28,317 nt of DNA from Eubacteriales bacterium (lineage in GTDB: Bacteria > Bacillota > Clostridia > Christensenellales > CAG-138): the NCBI GenBank assembly GCA_028703645.1, contig JAQVML010000001.1:1-28317 (forward strand), written 5' to 3'. Positions within the stretch are counted from its first letter, which is position 1, and every line of letters begins with the position of its first letter. A program made the position numbers and the translations under genes. Below, piece after piece: positions 1 through 9,327 of this stretch. The notes below the pieces were generated by a model, which searched no databases, was not told the DNA's origin, and was given only the letters and a program-made list of their open reading frames with translations.

Positions 1-22
1 AAAACGCTCTTCTAAGAGGAGC
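1..22 (-). terminator. possible weak intrinsic terminator after ruvB (cut by window edge)
   Basis: Minus strand GCTC-CTCTTAGAA-GAGC followed by GTTTT at the window edge. The stem is short and the T-tract is incomplete. Confidence 0.3.
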
Positions 23-38
23 TTCATTTCCCTGCGTT

Positions 39-1064
39 TCATTCCTCAACCTCCAGTTTCAACTGCTGCGTATCGCTTTGGTACCCAAGGTGCGCGTATC
101 CAGCCGGCATAACGATTCGTCTGCGCGGCGTTCTTGCGATAAATCCGAGGCGTAACAGATAGGGTTCGTAAACGTCTTCAATCGTCGCCGCGTCCTCACC
201 CGTCGCCGCGGCGATGGTGTCGAGTCCGACGGGTCTGCCGCAAAATTTCACGATCATGGTCTGCAACATGCGCCGGTCTACTTCATCCAGACCCAATTCA
301 TCGACGCCCAGCATATCTAAGCCCTCTTTGGCGGATTCCAGATCGATAAATCCGCTTTTTCGAACCTCCGCATAGTCGCGAATGCGCCTGAGCAGACGGT
401 TGGCAACGCGCGGTGTTCCCCGCGCGCGGGAGCCGATCTCCACCGCGCCCTCTTCGGCGATCTCGATGCCGAGTATGCGCGCGCTTCGAATGATGATCTC
501 TTTGAGCGACTCTGAATCATACATCGCGAGTTGCTCTTTAATTCCAAATCGATCGCGCAGGGGCGACGTCAAAAGCCCCATGCGGGTCGTAGCCCCGATG
601 AGCGTAAACTTTGGCAAATCCAGCCGGATGCTCCGCGCGGACGGCCCTTTTCCAATAATGATATCGAGCGCAAAATCCTCCATCGCGGGATAGAGCACTT
701 CCTCTACGTTTGCGTTGAGGCGATGGATTTCGTCGATGAACAGCACGTCTCCCGGCGCAAGGTTGGTGAGCAGTGCGGCCAGATCGCCCGCGTGCGTAAT
801 CGCAGGGCCGCTGGTGACGCGCAAAGACACGCCCATCTCGTTTGCGACGATGCCCGCCAGCGTCGTCTTCCCCAGCCCCGGCGGGCCATAAAAGATTGCG
901 TGGTCGAGCGGTTCCGCGCGCTTGAGCGCCGCATCGATGTAGATGCGCATGTGATCCTTCACCGCGTGTTGACCGATGTATTCGCTCAGCATGCGCGGGC
1001 GAAGGGAATATTCTGTTTTTACGTCCTCCTCGCGCATCGAGGAGCTGATCAGGCGTTCGTCCAT
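39..1064 (-). CDS. ruvB: Holliday junction branch migration ATPase RuvB
   Basis: [14 protein letters not shown]-terminus, Walker A GPPGLGKT, Walker [31 protein letters not shown]; downstream of ruvA. Confidence 0.98.
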   Translation of the reverse strand: MDERLISSSMREEDVKTEYSLRPRMLSEYIGQHAVKDHMRIYIDAALKRAEPLDHAIFYGPPGLGKTTLAGIVANEMGVSLRVTSGPAITHAGDLAALLTNLAPGDVLFIDEIHRLNANVEEVLYPAMEDFALDIIIGKGPSARSIRLDLPKFTLIGATTRMGLLTSPLRDRFGIKEQLAMYDSESLKEIIIRSARILGIEIAEEGAVEIGSRARGTPRVANRLLRRIRDYAEVRKSGFIDLESAKEGLDMLGVDELGLDEVDRRMLQTMIVKFCGRPVGLDTIAAATGEDAATIEDVYEPYLLRLGFIARTPRRRIVMPAGYAHLGYQSDTQQLKLEVEE

Positions 1065-1106
1065 TCTTATCCTTATCTATCGAGCTAAATCTATTGAGCC
1101 AAGTTT

Positions 1107-1685
1107 CTATTTTGCCATTTTGCGCAGTGCTTGGGTGATGAGCGTTTCTACGCTCTCAGCCTGCTCTACCGCCGCAACCGCCTTGCCCGCGGCGAGCCCG
1201 TCGTAGCCCAGCGAAACAAGCGCCGCAACCGCTTCCGAGCGGATATCCGGCGCGTCCAGGTTTGCACCGCCCGACAGCATTTCACTGGTTTCGACGCGCT
1301 CCTTGAGCTCTAGCAGTACGCGTTGGGCCGTCTTTCTGCCCATGCCGCTCACGCGGTCAAAGGCAGCCGCATTGTTGGTTACAATCGCGATTGCAACGTC
1401 GCTTGGCGACAGAACCGAGAGCACCGAGAGCGCAAGCTTCGGGCCGACGCGCGTCACCGTTAAGAGCCTTCGGAACATATCCTTCTCTGCCGGCTCATAG
1501 AAGCCGTAGAGCGCCATGATGCCCTCCGCCAGATGCAGGTGTGTATAGAGCCGCTCCTTTTGTCCGGGTTTTAGACGCTTGAGCGTGAGCGCGCTGCAAA
1601 AGAGCTCGTACCCCACGCCGCCCGCCTCCAATATGGCGCGATCCGGCAGCAGTTCATCCACAATTCCGCTGATATATGCGTACAA
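1107..1685 (-). CDS. ruvA: Holliday junction DNA-binding protein RuvA (TTG start)
   Basis: MYAYISG..GVGYEL, LYGF, HhH motifs VGPKLALSVLS and GMGRKTAQR, C-terminal EAVAALVSLGY; GGAGG 9 nt upstream of TTG. Confidence 0.97.
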   Translation of the reverse strand: MYAYISGIVDELLPDRAILEAGGVGYELFCSALTLKRLKPGQKERLYTHLHLAEGIMALYGFYEPAEKDMFRRLLTVTRVGPKLALSVLSVLSPSDVAIAIVTNNAAAFDRVSGMGRKTAQRVLLELKERVETSEMLSGGANLDAPDIRSEAVAALVSLGYDGLAAGKAVAAVEQAESVETLITQALRKMAK

Positions 1686-1732
1686 GGATCATTTCCTCCG
1701 TCTTGAGTGCGTTTTAAAAAAACACACGCTGA

Positions 1733-2230
1733 TTATCGAATGCGATATTCTTCCGCAGCGGGGCCGATCGTGCAGCCGTGGCAAATCGCGGCTGCGAGCG
1801 CATCCGCAGCGTCGTCCGGCTTGGGGATACTTTTCAACGAGAGTAAAAGCTTTACCATGTTCTGCACGGCGCGTTTGTCCGCGTGTCCGTCTCCCGTGAC
1901 CGCGAGTTTAATCTGCATGGGTGTGTATTCGTATAAAGGAATGTTTGCCTGTTGCGCCGCGAGAATCGCAACCCCGCGCCCTGCGCCGACGGAGAGGGCG
2001 GTCGTCGTATTCCGGTAAAAAAACAGCTCCTCAAACACCGCCATGTCGGGGTGAAACCGCTCAAGCAGCGCGCGTGTGCCGTCATACAGGCGGTTGAGCC
2101 GCTCCGGCAGGCGTTCGTCCGGCGTGGTCTCGATCACGCCGTAATCGACGGGCGCAAGCTTCGTTCCCGAAACATCCACCACGCCATAGCCTAAAATGGC
2201 ATATCCGGGGTCGATTCCGAGAATTCTCAT
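1733..2230 (-). CDS. ruvC: crossover junction endodeoxyribonuclease RuvC
   Basis: MRILGIDPG, FEELFF, YTPMQIKLAVTG, PDDAADALA; the catalytic acidic residues are present. Confidence 0.98.
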   Translation of the reverse strand: MRILGIDPGYAILGYGVVDVSGTKLAPVDYGVIETTPDERLPERLNRLYDGTRALLERFHPDMAVFEELFFYRNTTTALSVGAGRGVAILAAQQANIPLYEYTPMQIKLAVTGDGHADKRAVQNMVKLLLSLKSIPKPDDAADALAAAICHGCTIGPAAEEYRIR

Positions 2231-2259
2231 GCAATTACCTGCCTACATATAGTCATCTT

Positions 2260-2288
2260 ATTTTAGCATGAACGCAATCGAGTGTAAA
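2260..2288 (-). promoter_or_regulatory. sigma-A type promoter of ruvCAB
   Basis: Minus strand TTTACA (2288-2283), 17-nt spacer, TG-c-TAAAAT (2265-2260), about 30 nt upstream of the ruvC ATG. Confidence 0.75.
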
Positions 2289-2387
2289 TGAACGCCGGGC
2301 GTTTGCCCGATGTTTCATCCCACGTTCATATCTGTTCTACCGCTGTATTCTTCCCTCGCTTGTGTTTTCTGTGTGTCGGGTTCGAGC

Positions 2388-2418
2388 AAAAGGCAGCCGC
2401 GTATTGTTGCGACTGCCT
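2388..2418 (-). terminator. intrinsic terminator of the LTD-CotH gene
   Basis: Minus strand AGGCAGTCGC-AACAATAC-GCGGCTGCCT-TTT: 10-bp stem with one G.U pair, 16 nt after the stop codon. Confidence 0.8.
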
Positions 2419-2434
2419 GATCAACAGAATGATC

Positions 2435-5400
2435 TTATTGTTTGTATTTTGCGATGAGCTCATCCAGCTTTTCTTGCGAAACGCCAAAATACTTGCGCAT
2501 GTTCTCCAGCGCGTAATCCGGCCGCTGCTCGATAAACGAGCGCATCTGCGCAACGCTGTCCTCCCACGCGCGCATTGAGCTGGGTTTCCCCCAACGCTCG
2601 ATCTGGCGCGGCATTTCGGGCCTGAGCGCCGCAACCATTTGGTCAAACAACGCCGTCGCACGCTGCGCATTAAAATACTGTTCTACCACCTGAACGTAGC
2701 GATCCACGCAATAGTCCCGCCACGCCGCATTTTTCTTTAAGCCGATATAAATTTCGAAATATGTCAGCGACCCATCTGCCGAAGGCACGCCATTGCCGTT
2801 GAAATATTGCCCGATCATGTCTCGCGCCGCGGTCTTATAGGCAAAGTCGAGATCGAAGAACACCGGCCGCCATTTTACCTTATAGTCCGTCGTACGCCAA
2901 TATTTCTGGTTAAACATATCGCTGTTGCAAATATACGTCTGCGCGATGAAGTAATCCGTAAAATAGTCGACATCAATCCACTGCGAAAACTCGGCGAACA
3001 CCGCGTCGTCGCTCAATTTCTCATTCTCCGCAAAGGCACGCACGCGCTTGATATCCTTATTGCCGCCCTTGATTGCCGCCGAGTTGCGGCGAATGAACTC
3101 CACCGTGTCTCCGTCCACGCCGTAGTGCGTCTCCAAAAACGAGCTGTTCTGCTCCTCGTTGAGATCGTAAAGCCCGTTGAATTTGCCGTTGATGTATACG
3201 ACGACGGGACGCGACGCGGAGTTGTCGAGGTTCATTCCTTCGACGAGGTTGTTTGTGAATGCGTCGCGAATGCGCGCTGCGCTCCAATCCTGTCCGCCGT
3301 TTCGCACCACGAGCGCGGAGAACGTGTCAACCTCGTAACCCGGAAAGAACGGATAGGTCACCTTGCTCTGTCCGTAGCCCGCGCGGAGGTTGATGCTGAG
3401 CGACTTTTGCGAATAGATGATGGTTCCCGCTCCCTTGGGTTTGATGCCTGCGGGGAATGAAACCCCGAGCGTTCCATCCGGCTCGTAAAACGAAATGTTC
3501 GCGAGGCGTTCGATCTTGTTAAATTTATCGTCGACGCGCAAAACCGCCTGTACGCGGTCAGGATTTCCATTAATGCAGATCACGGGTACGGTATGCGGCT
3601 CCTCAAACAGATAGGTTGCCGTCGTGATCTCGCTGGCTCGTTTTCCGCTGACGAAGGAAACCGCGCGCAGCGGCGTATTCGCGCTGATTTGCACGGGCTC
3701 CGTATATCTCTTTGAATCGAGCGAAGGCTCGTCTCCATCCGTTGTATAGTAGATCTCCGCGTTGGGATCGTCGCAGGAAATCGTTACGGAAAACGCGCTG
3801 CTGTGATACAGCGTCAGATCAGAAAACACCGGTTGTGGAGCAACACCGTTAGTGATGTCCGTGTTGTTCTCTTTGCCGCGTGTCGGGCTTTGAAAGAACA
3901 CGCGCGCGGTGGCGGTGTCGCTTTCCAGCCTGCCGCTCGTAATCTCCGGCGTGAGTACGCCGGAATCAAACGCGTCTACCAGCGTTCCTTCCGCGTTTTT
4001 CAAAATCAGTGTTTCGCCCGCGGCCGAAATCGAGAACGGCGCGATCCCCGCGCCCTGCTTCACGGACGAGTTGGTGCACTCGATGACGAGATAGTCGCCC
4101 GCGCCAATCGTTTCGCCGGAAAATGTGTAGGGATTCGTCGAGTCGATGCCATCAGACAGTGTCCAGCCGGTCAAATCGATAGCACGTTCCGAGCCATTGT
4201 GCAGCTCGATCCAATCGTTTTCTCCGCTCTTCACCTCGTTTACGGCGCAGACCTCGCTGAAAAATACCCCCGTATTGTCGAAACAGCCGATCTGGTCGGC
4301 TGTTTCAAATCCGTGTACGTTATCGCTGCCCGGCGTCGGCGTTGCAAAATATCGAATGTTGTGCCCGCTGTCCAAACCAACCGAGATGTTATCCCGCGTG
4401 ATGCCGGCGAGCGACATACTCTCCGTTTTCATACCGCTGAGCGTTGTAAAGAACACCTCGTTCTCATCGTCGGTCAACCCGAAGCTTGCGTGCAGTTCTC
4501 CACTTGTGCGATCTTTGCCGGAGAGGAAGATCACCTTGCACTCGCCGGGTTGGAGCGTTACATCCGGCAGCGCCCATTTATAGAGGTCGTCCGAATTGTC
4601 TGAGAGGAAATAGCCGAGCAGTGTTTGGGCTTCGTTGGAGAAATTCTTCAGCTCGACCCATTCCTCGCGGTCGCCGTCCGCGTCGATTGCGGAGAGCGTA
4701 TTATACTTGAGCACCTCGTTGATATGAATGGGATCGGACTGATCCATCACCGTCATTTCAAGCGAGGAAAATGTCTTGTCGCTGTTTGCGGCCTCAAACG
4801 TTGGATAAGCGGTATAGACCGCCATTCCGGTCGCGTCCTTAACCACCGAAACGCCGCCGGGAACACCCGTTTGCCAACTGATCCGGTCGATCAAGTTACC
4901 CTGCAAATCGGAAAGGAGAACCGTCGTGTCCTCGCTGCTGAGTCGAAACGGCGCATGGATTCCGTCTTTCCCGTCGCTGCCGAGTCCCGATAGATAGATG
5001 CAGACATAGCCGCCCGCGGGTACGGTACCGGAAGAAATCTGCCATTTGAGAGGTTTCGTTTCATCGTCCGAGAGACAGTAGTTCTCAAGCTGAATCGCGT
5101 TGTCGCTGTTGTTGCGCAGCTCCACCCAGCGGTAACCGCTCGCGTCGTCGCTCGGCATCACTTCGCTGATCGAAAGCGCATTGAGATTTTGCGCAGAGAA
5201 TACCGAGTCCAATGTTGTAAATAGCGGGCTGTCGTTCGCGGCTCCCGGTGAGGGTACGCCGCAATAGCCGTAAGTGCCGTCTGCCGCGCGCGCATAGGAT
5301 ACATCCGTATACAGCGCGGGAACCTGCATCTGCGCGACGAGTCCGAAATATGCGTCGGTGATAAAGATATAATCGCCGCTCTTGCTCAAACCAAAGTTTG

Positions 5401-5755
5401 TGATCATCGGATTGGTTTGGTCTTCCGTCGCGTTGGTCGCATAGAGAACGAGATATTCGCCTGGTCCAAGCGTCGTGCCTTCGGGTATGACAAACTTATG
5501 CAGCTTGCGCAGGTTGTCCGATACGCCATAGCCGGAGAGGTCCAGCGCGACCGAACCCGAGTTGTAAAGCTCAATCCAGTCCGGCGTACCGAGCGACTCG
5601 TCCACCAGCGAACGCTTGTTGCTGGTGACCACCTCGTTGACCACCAGCGCGCTGCTGTCGACGGTGGCTTTTTGCGAACACGCAAAAAGCAGCGGCAGCA
5701 TAACCGCTACAATGATCGCAATTGCTATCTTTTTCGTCATGGATGTTTTTCTCAA
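2435..5755 (-). CDS. lipoprotein with four lamin-tail domains, a chitobiase/Fn3-like domain and a C-terminal CotH-family kinase domain (start is TTG 5755 or ATG 5740)
   Basis: Signal peptide with lipobox LFA-C; four NEV/SEV...D/EW(I/V)EL.N..lsD repeats; YYTTDGDEP...YTEPV domain; CotH motifs KGAGT, VRNGGQDW, VYINGKFNGLYDLNE, NSDMFNQKYW, KWRPVFFDLDFA. Confidence 0.88.
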   Translation of the reverse strand: MRKTSMTKKIAIAIIVAVMLPLLFACSQKATVDSSALVVNEVVTSNKRSLVDESLGTPDWIELYNSGSVALDLSGYGVSDNLRKLHKFVIPEGTTLGPGEYLVLYATNATEDQTNPMITNFGLSKSGDYIFITDAYFGLVAQMQVPALYTDVSYARAADGTYGYCGVPSPGAANDSPLFTTLDSVFSAQNLNALSISEVMPSDDASGYRWVELRNNSDNAIQLENYCLSDDETKPLKWQISSGTVPAGGYVCIYLSGLGSDGKDGIHAPFRLSSEDTTVLLSDLQGNLIDRISWQTGVPGGVSVVKDATGMAVYTAYPTFEAANSDKTFSSLEMTVMDQSDPIHINEVLKYNTLSAIDADGDREEWVELKNFSNEAQTLLGYFLSDNSDDLYKWALPDVTLQPGECKVIFLSGKDRTSGELHASFGLTDDENEVFFTTLSGMKTESMSLAGITRDNISVGLDSGHNIRYFATPTPGSDNVHGFETADQIGCFDNTGVFFSEVCAVNEVKSGENDWIELHNGSERAIDLTGWTLSDGIDSTNPYTFSGETIGAGDYLVIECTNSSVKQGAGIAPFSISAAGETLILKNAEGTLVDAFDSGVLTPEITSGRLESDTATARVFFQSPTRGKENNTDITNGVAPQPVFSDLTLYHSSAFSVTISCDDPNAEIYYTTDGDEPSLDSKRYTEPVQISANTPLRAVSFVSGKRASEITTATYLFEEPHTVPVICINGNPDRVQAVLRVDDKFNKIERLANISFYEPDGTLGVSFPAGIKPKGAGTIIYSQKSLSINLRAGYGQSKVTYPFFPGYEVDTFSALVVRNGGQDWSAARIRDAFTNNLVEGMNLDNSASRPVVVYINGKFNGLYDLNEEQNSSFLETHYGVDGDTVEFIRRNSAAIKGGNKDIKRVRAFAENEKLSDDAVFAEFSQWIDVDYFTDYFIAQTYICNSDMFNQKYWRTTDYKVKWRPVFFDLDFAYKTAARDMIGQYFNGNGVPSADGSLTYFEIYIGLKKNAAWRDYCVDRYVQVVEQYFNAQRATALFDQMVAALRPEMPRQIERWGKPSSMRAWEDSVAQMRSFIEQRPDYALENMRKYFGVSQEKLDELIAKYKQ

Positions 5756-5818
5756 TCCAAGTGTCTTCCTCGATGAATGTAATGCTGATTTTTACCAAAA
5801 AATCACCACGTGGCAATT

Positions 5819-5827
5819 ATTATATCA
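5819..5827 (-). promoter_or_regulatory. extended -10 promoter for the LTD-CotH gene
   Basis: Minus strand TG-a-TATAAT about 65 nt upstream of the start; no recognisable -35. Confidence 0.6.
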
Positions 5828-6112
5828 TAGCGCAACGTAGATTTGTAGAATGCCTCTCTTGTTGCGAAAAAAGTTACAATATCAAAGCCTTATCTTCAAT
5901 CATCTCTATAGAAGCCTCATCTGAAGCCTCGTCAAAAAACGCATAAAAAGCGAATTTTTCAAACTTGCCTCAATCATTTTGATCATTTGACACATCCGGC
6001 TTCGCCTCATGCGATACAATAAAAGCAGGAAACAAGTCATCTATCACATCATTCCATTCAAAATCATACGACGGAGGAAACACACACAAAAAGCAGAACA
6101 GGGAGGCGGCTT

Positions 6113-7087
6113 ATGAAAACCATCGGCTATGTGATCAGCCACAAAAATCACGAGCAGCGACGGGCGTTGATTCCCAAAGACGCAGAGCAAATTCAGCATC
6201 GTTCGATGATTGTTGTCGAGCACAACTATGGGGACGCGTTGGGTTACTCCGATGACGATTATCTTCGCGCGGGCGTTTCGGTTGCGCCGAGAAAGCAGGT
6301 GTTAAGCTGCGACGCACTCGTGGACGTAAAGCTTGGCGACTCGGACTTCATGAGCCAACTCACGCCTCGAAAAACGCTGATCGGTTGGTCGCACATCCTG
6401 CAAAAACCAGACTTCACGGATGCCGCGATTGCAGGCCAGCACTCCGTTTTAGCATGGGAAAACATTATGGAAAACGGTCGCTATCTCTTTTACCGAAACC
6501 GCGAGCTCGCCGGCGAAACAGCGATTCTGCATGCGTTTTGCTATTACGGGCGCATGCCGTATGATTGCAGCGTCGCCATCATTGGAAACGGAATGACCGC
6601 GCACGGCGCTTTTCGCATCCTAATCGGCCTTGGTGCCCGTGTCGACATCTATACGCGCAAGATGGAATCCCTCTTTCGTGAGAATATGACACAATACGAC
6701 GTGATCGTTAATTGCGTTCGTTGGGATACCTGCCGTGACGATCGATTGATCTACCGATCCGACCTGCGGCGCATGAAGCAAGGCAGCATGATCATCGACG
6801 TGAGTTGCGATGCCTGTCTCGAGATTGAAACCTCGCGCGCGACGACGTTCGATGATCCGGTCTACTCGGTCGACGGCGTGCTGCACTACTCGGTCGATAA
6901 CACGCCTGCGATGGCATATCGCACGGTGAGCGAGGTGATCAGCCGCAGCTTCTCGCCCTATATCGACGCCATCGTCACAAATAAGCCCGTCACCGCGCTG
7001 GAACAAGCCTATGTCATTCGCGGCGGCATGTTGCTTGATGAGGAGTGCATTGCGTTCCGCTCCCGCCTGGAACAAAACGAAGCCTAG
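6113..7087 (+). CDS. N5-(carboxyethyl)ornithine synthase-like protein, AlaDH/PNT superfamily NAD(P)-dependent oxidoreductase
   Basis: EQRRALIP, VEHNYG..LGYSDDDY, LIGWSH, YRNRELAG, IIGNGMTAHGA dinucleotide fold, IIDVSCD, YSVDNTP; resembles the lactococcal Ceo layout; GGAGG 6 nt before ATG. Confidence 0.75.
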   Translation: MKTIGYVISHKNHEQRRALIPKDAEQIQHRSMIVVEHNYGDALGYSDDDYLRAGVSVAPRKQVLSCDALVDVKLGDSDFMSQLTPRKTLIGWSHILQKPDFTDAAIAGQHSVLAWENIMENGRYLFYRNRELAGETAILHAFCYYGRMPYDCSVAIIGNGMTAHGAFRILIGLGARVDIYTRKMESLFRENMTQYDVIVNCVRWDTCRDDRLIYRSDLRRMKQGSMIIDVSCDACLEIETSRATTFDDPVYSVDGVLHYSVDNTPAMAYRTVSEVISRSFSPYIDAIVTNKPVTALEQAYVIRGGMLLDEECIAFRSRLEQNEA

Positions 7088-7120
7088 CAGAAGAGCGCGC
7101 TGCGTCTTCACGGATACGCA

Positions 7121-7147
7121 AAAACCCGCCGGTTACCCGACGGGTTT
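7121..7147 (-). terminator. intrinsic terminator of the ribosomal superoperon, probably bidirectional
   Basis: Minus strand AAACCCGTCGG-GTAA-CCGGCGGGTTT-T: GNRA loop, one U.G pair; lies between the convergent rplQ and ceo-like genes; plus strand ends in TTTGTTT. Confidence 0.85.
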
Positions 7148-7170
7148 GTTTGTGTTGCTTGGTTTCAGCC

Positions 7171-7680
7171 TTAGTCGACAAGTTCGATGACGACCATCTC
7201 CGCTGCGTCTCCGCGGCGCGGCCCGAGCTTATACATACGCGTGTAGCCGCCTTTGCTGCCGGCTTCTGCGCGCTTTGCATACTTCGGCGCAAGATCACGG
7301 AAGAGCTTCTCTACCACTGGATGCGCGCGGTCTTTCGTGCGCTCAGCGTATTCGCTCTTGTTCTCTTTCGCCTGCTTGGGTTCGGGAATATCGTAGACAT
7401 ACGCCATGATCGCGCGGCGAGCGGCGAGCTTGCTCGCCTTGTCGTTGACGACTTCGCGCTTGATGATCTGCGCCTTCTCGTTACGGGATTCCTTCTCTAC
7501 GGTCTGGCTGTTATCGTATTCCTTGACTGCCAGCGTGATGATCTTTTCGGCAATCGAGCGGATCTCCTTGGCGCGCGCTTCGGTCGTGACGACCTTACCG
7601 TTCCAAAGAAGCGCCGTGGTCTGATTCCTCAAAAGAGCGACTCGCTGATCAGAGGGCTTACCCAGTTTGCGGTTCGCCAT
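7171..7680 (-). CDS. rplQ: 50S ribosomal protein L17 (long form with internal insertions)
   Basis: RKLG...[35 protein letters not shown]; last gene after rpoA. Confidence 0.97.
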   Translation of the reverse strand: MANRKLGKPSDQRVALLRNQTTALLWNGKVVTTEARAKEIRSIAEKIITLAVKEYDNSQTVEKESRNEKAQIIKREVVNDKASKLAARRAIMAYVYDIPEPKQAKENKSEYAERTKDRAHPVVEKLFRDLAPKYAKRAEAGSKGGYTRMYKLGPRRGDAAEMVVIELVD

Positions 7681-7694
7681 TGTGCTTCCTCCTC

Positions 7695-8636
7695 TTATTC
7701 ATCGTGTGCGCGAAGCGACAGACCCAGCGCACTCAGTTTTGCCTGAACTTCCTCGAGCGATTTCCGGCCAAGATTACGAACCTTCATCATTTCTTCCTCG
7801 TCGCGCTGCACAAGCTCTTCAACCGTGTTGATGCCCGCGCGCTTGAGGCAGTTGTAGGAGCGGACGGAGAGATCGAGGTCTTCGATATTCATCTCCAGAA
7901 TCCGTTCTTTTTTGCTCTCTTCCTTCTCCACGAGAATTTCCACGCCGACCACGTGATCGGTGAGGTTGATGAAGAGCGCCAGATGCTCGGTCAGGATCTT
8001 TGCCGCGAGGCTAGCCGCCTCGTCTGGCTTAATGCTGCCATTCGTCCAGATTTCGAGCGTGAGCTTGTCAAAGTCCGTAATCTGGCCAACACGCGTGTTT
8101 TCAACGGTGAAGTTGACCTTCTCAATGGGCGTGAAAATCGAATCCACGGCGATCTCGCCGATGGGCATATCGTGCCGCTTGTTGCGCTCGATCGGGACAT
8201 AGCCACGGCCATTTTCCAGCATGATTTCCATGTGGAGCTTCGCGCCGCGATCCAGCGTTGCAATATGCAGCTCCGGGTTGATGATCAGCACGTCGGAATC
8301 CGGCAGGATGTCCTTCGCCTTGACTTCACCTTCGCCCGTTGCGTCGATAATCACCTTCTTGGGGCCGTCGCAATACAGCTTGCAACACAGCTCCTTGAGG
8401 TTGAGAATGATTTCGGTAACGTCTTCTTTTACGCCATCGATGATCGAGAACTCATGGAGCACACCGTCGATGCGAACGCTCGTCACCGCCACACCGGGCA
8501 GGCTTGAGAGCAGCACGCGACGCATGGAATTGCCAAGCGTAGTGCCGAATCCGCGCTCCAACGGTTCCACGACGAATTTGCCGTAGTGATCCGTTAGTTC
8601 AACACATTCGAGTTTGGGCTTTTCGATCTCCAGCAT
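7695..8636 (-). CDS. rpoA: DNA-directed RNA polymerase subunit alpha
   Basis: [31 protein letters not shown], alpha-[28 protein letters not shown]. Confidence 0.99.
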   Translation of the reverse strand: MLEIEKPKLECVELTDHYGKFVVEPLERGFGTTLGNSMRRVLLSSLPGVAVTSVRIDGVLHEFSIIDGVKEDVTEIILNLKELCCKLYCDGPKKVIIDATGEGEVKAKDILPDSDVLIINPELHIATLDRGAKLHMEIMLENGRGYVPIERNKRHDMPIGEIAVDSIFTPIEKVNFTVENTRVGQITDFDKLTLEIWTNGSIKPDEAASLAAKILTEHLALFINLTDHVVGVEILVEKEESKKERILEMNIEDLDLSVRSYNCLKRAGINTVEELVQRDEEEMMKVRNLGRKSLEEVQAKLSALGLSLRAHDE

Positions 8637-8686
8637 TGCTTACCCTCCTTCGGTTTGTCTGTTGCGGTCCGCCAAATCAGCTTGGC

Positions 8687-9313
8687 TTACCTGGAGTAGT
8701 ACTCAACGATGAGGTGCTCTTCGATCGTCAAGTCGATATCGTCGCGCGACGGGAGAACGACGACCTTACCGGTGAGCTTTTCGGCATCCAGCTCGAGCCA
8801 TTTCGGCACGGTTCTGGCTGCACCCTGCTCTTTGAGGGTTTTGAAGAATTCGACATCATTGCTCTTTTCGCGAACGGAGACCACGTCTCCTTCTTTCACT
8901 TGGTAAGAAGCAATGTCGACCTTCTTGCCGTTGACCAAAATGTGGCCGTGGGTCACCATCTGGCGCGCCATCGGGCGGGAATCGCCAAAGTTGAGGCGGT
9001 AAGCCACGTTGTCCAGGCGGCGCTCCAGCAGCGAAAGCATGTTTTCGCCGGTGATGCCGCGCATGTTGGTCGCGAGGTCGTAATATTTGCGGAACTGGGA
9101 TTCCAGAACGCCGTATGCTCTGCGGACTTTCTGCTTCTCACGAAGCTGAATGCCGTACTCGCTCTGCTTCTTTCTGCCCTGTCCATGCATTCCCGGAGGG
9201 GTGTGGCGCTTGTTGACCGCGCACTTTTCGCTGAAGCAGCGATCGCCCTTGAGGAAAAGTTTGGTGCCTTCTCTGCGGCATTGCCTGCAGACGGAACCGG
9301 TATATCTTGCCAT
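8687..9313 (-). CDS. rpsD: 30S ribosomal protein S4 (Zn-type, Cys motif); start corrected from the ORF track to ATG 9313
   Basis: [16 protein letters not shown]...C...[19 protein letters not shown]; GGAGG upstream of ATG 9313. Confidence 0.98.
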   Translation of the reverse strand: MARYTGSVCRQCRREGTKLFLKGDRCFSEKCAVNKRHTPPGMHGQGRKKQSEYGIQLREKQKVRRAYGVLESQFRKYYDLATNMRGITGENMLSLLERRLDNVAYRLNFGDSRPMARQMVTHGHILVNGKKVDIASYQVKEGDVVSVREKSNDVEFFKTLKEQGAARTVPKWLELDAEKLTGKVVVLPSRDDIDLTIEEHLIVEYYSR

Positions 9314-9327
9314 ATCGCTTTCCCTCC

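Noticed and set aside
2260-2330. Canonical LexA (Cheo) box at the ruvCAB promoter
   Set aside because: Only GAAC half-sites; no GAAC-N4-GTTC/GTTT on either strand. Reported only as an unexplained repeat.
5987-6020. TTGACA...TACAAT promoter for the ceo-like gene
   Set aside because: The spacer is 22 nt and there is no TGn extension, so it was not called as a canonical promoter.
6072-6078. Orphan GGAGG upstream of the ceo-like RBS
   Set aside because: No start codon at a usable distance; cannot support a gene or pseudogene.
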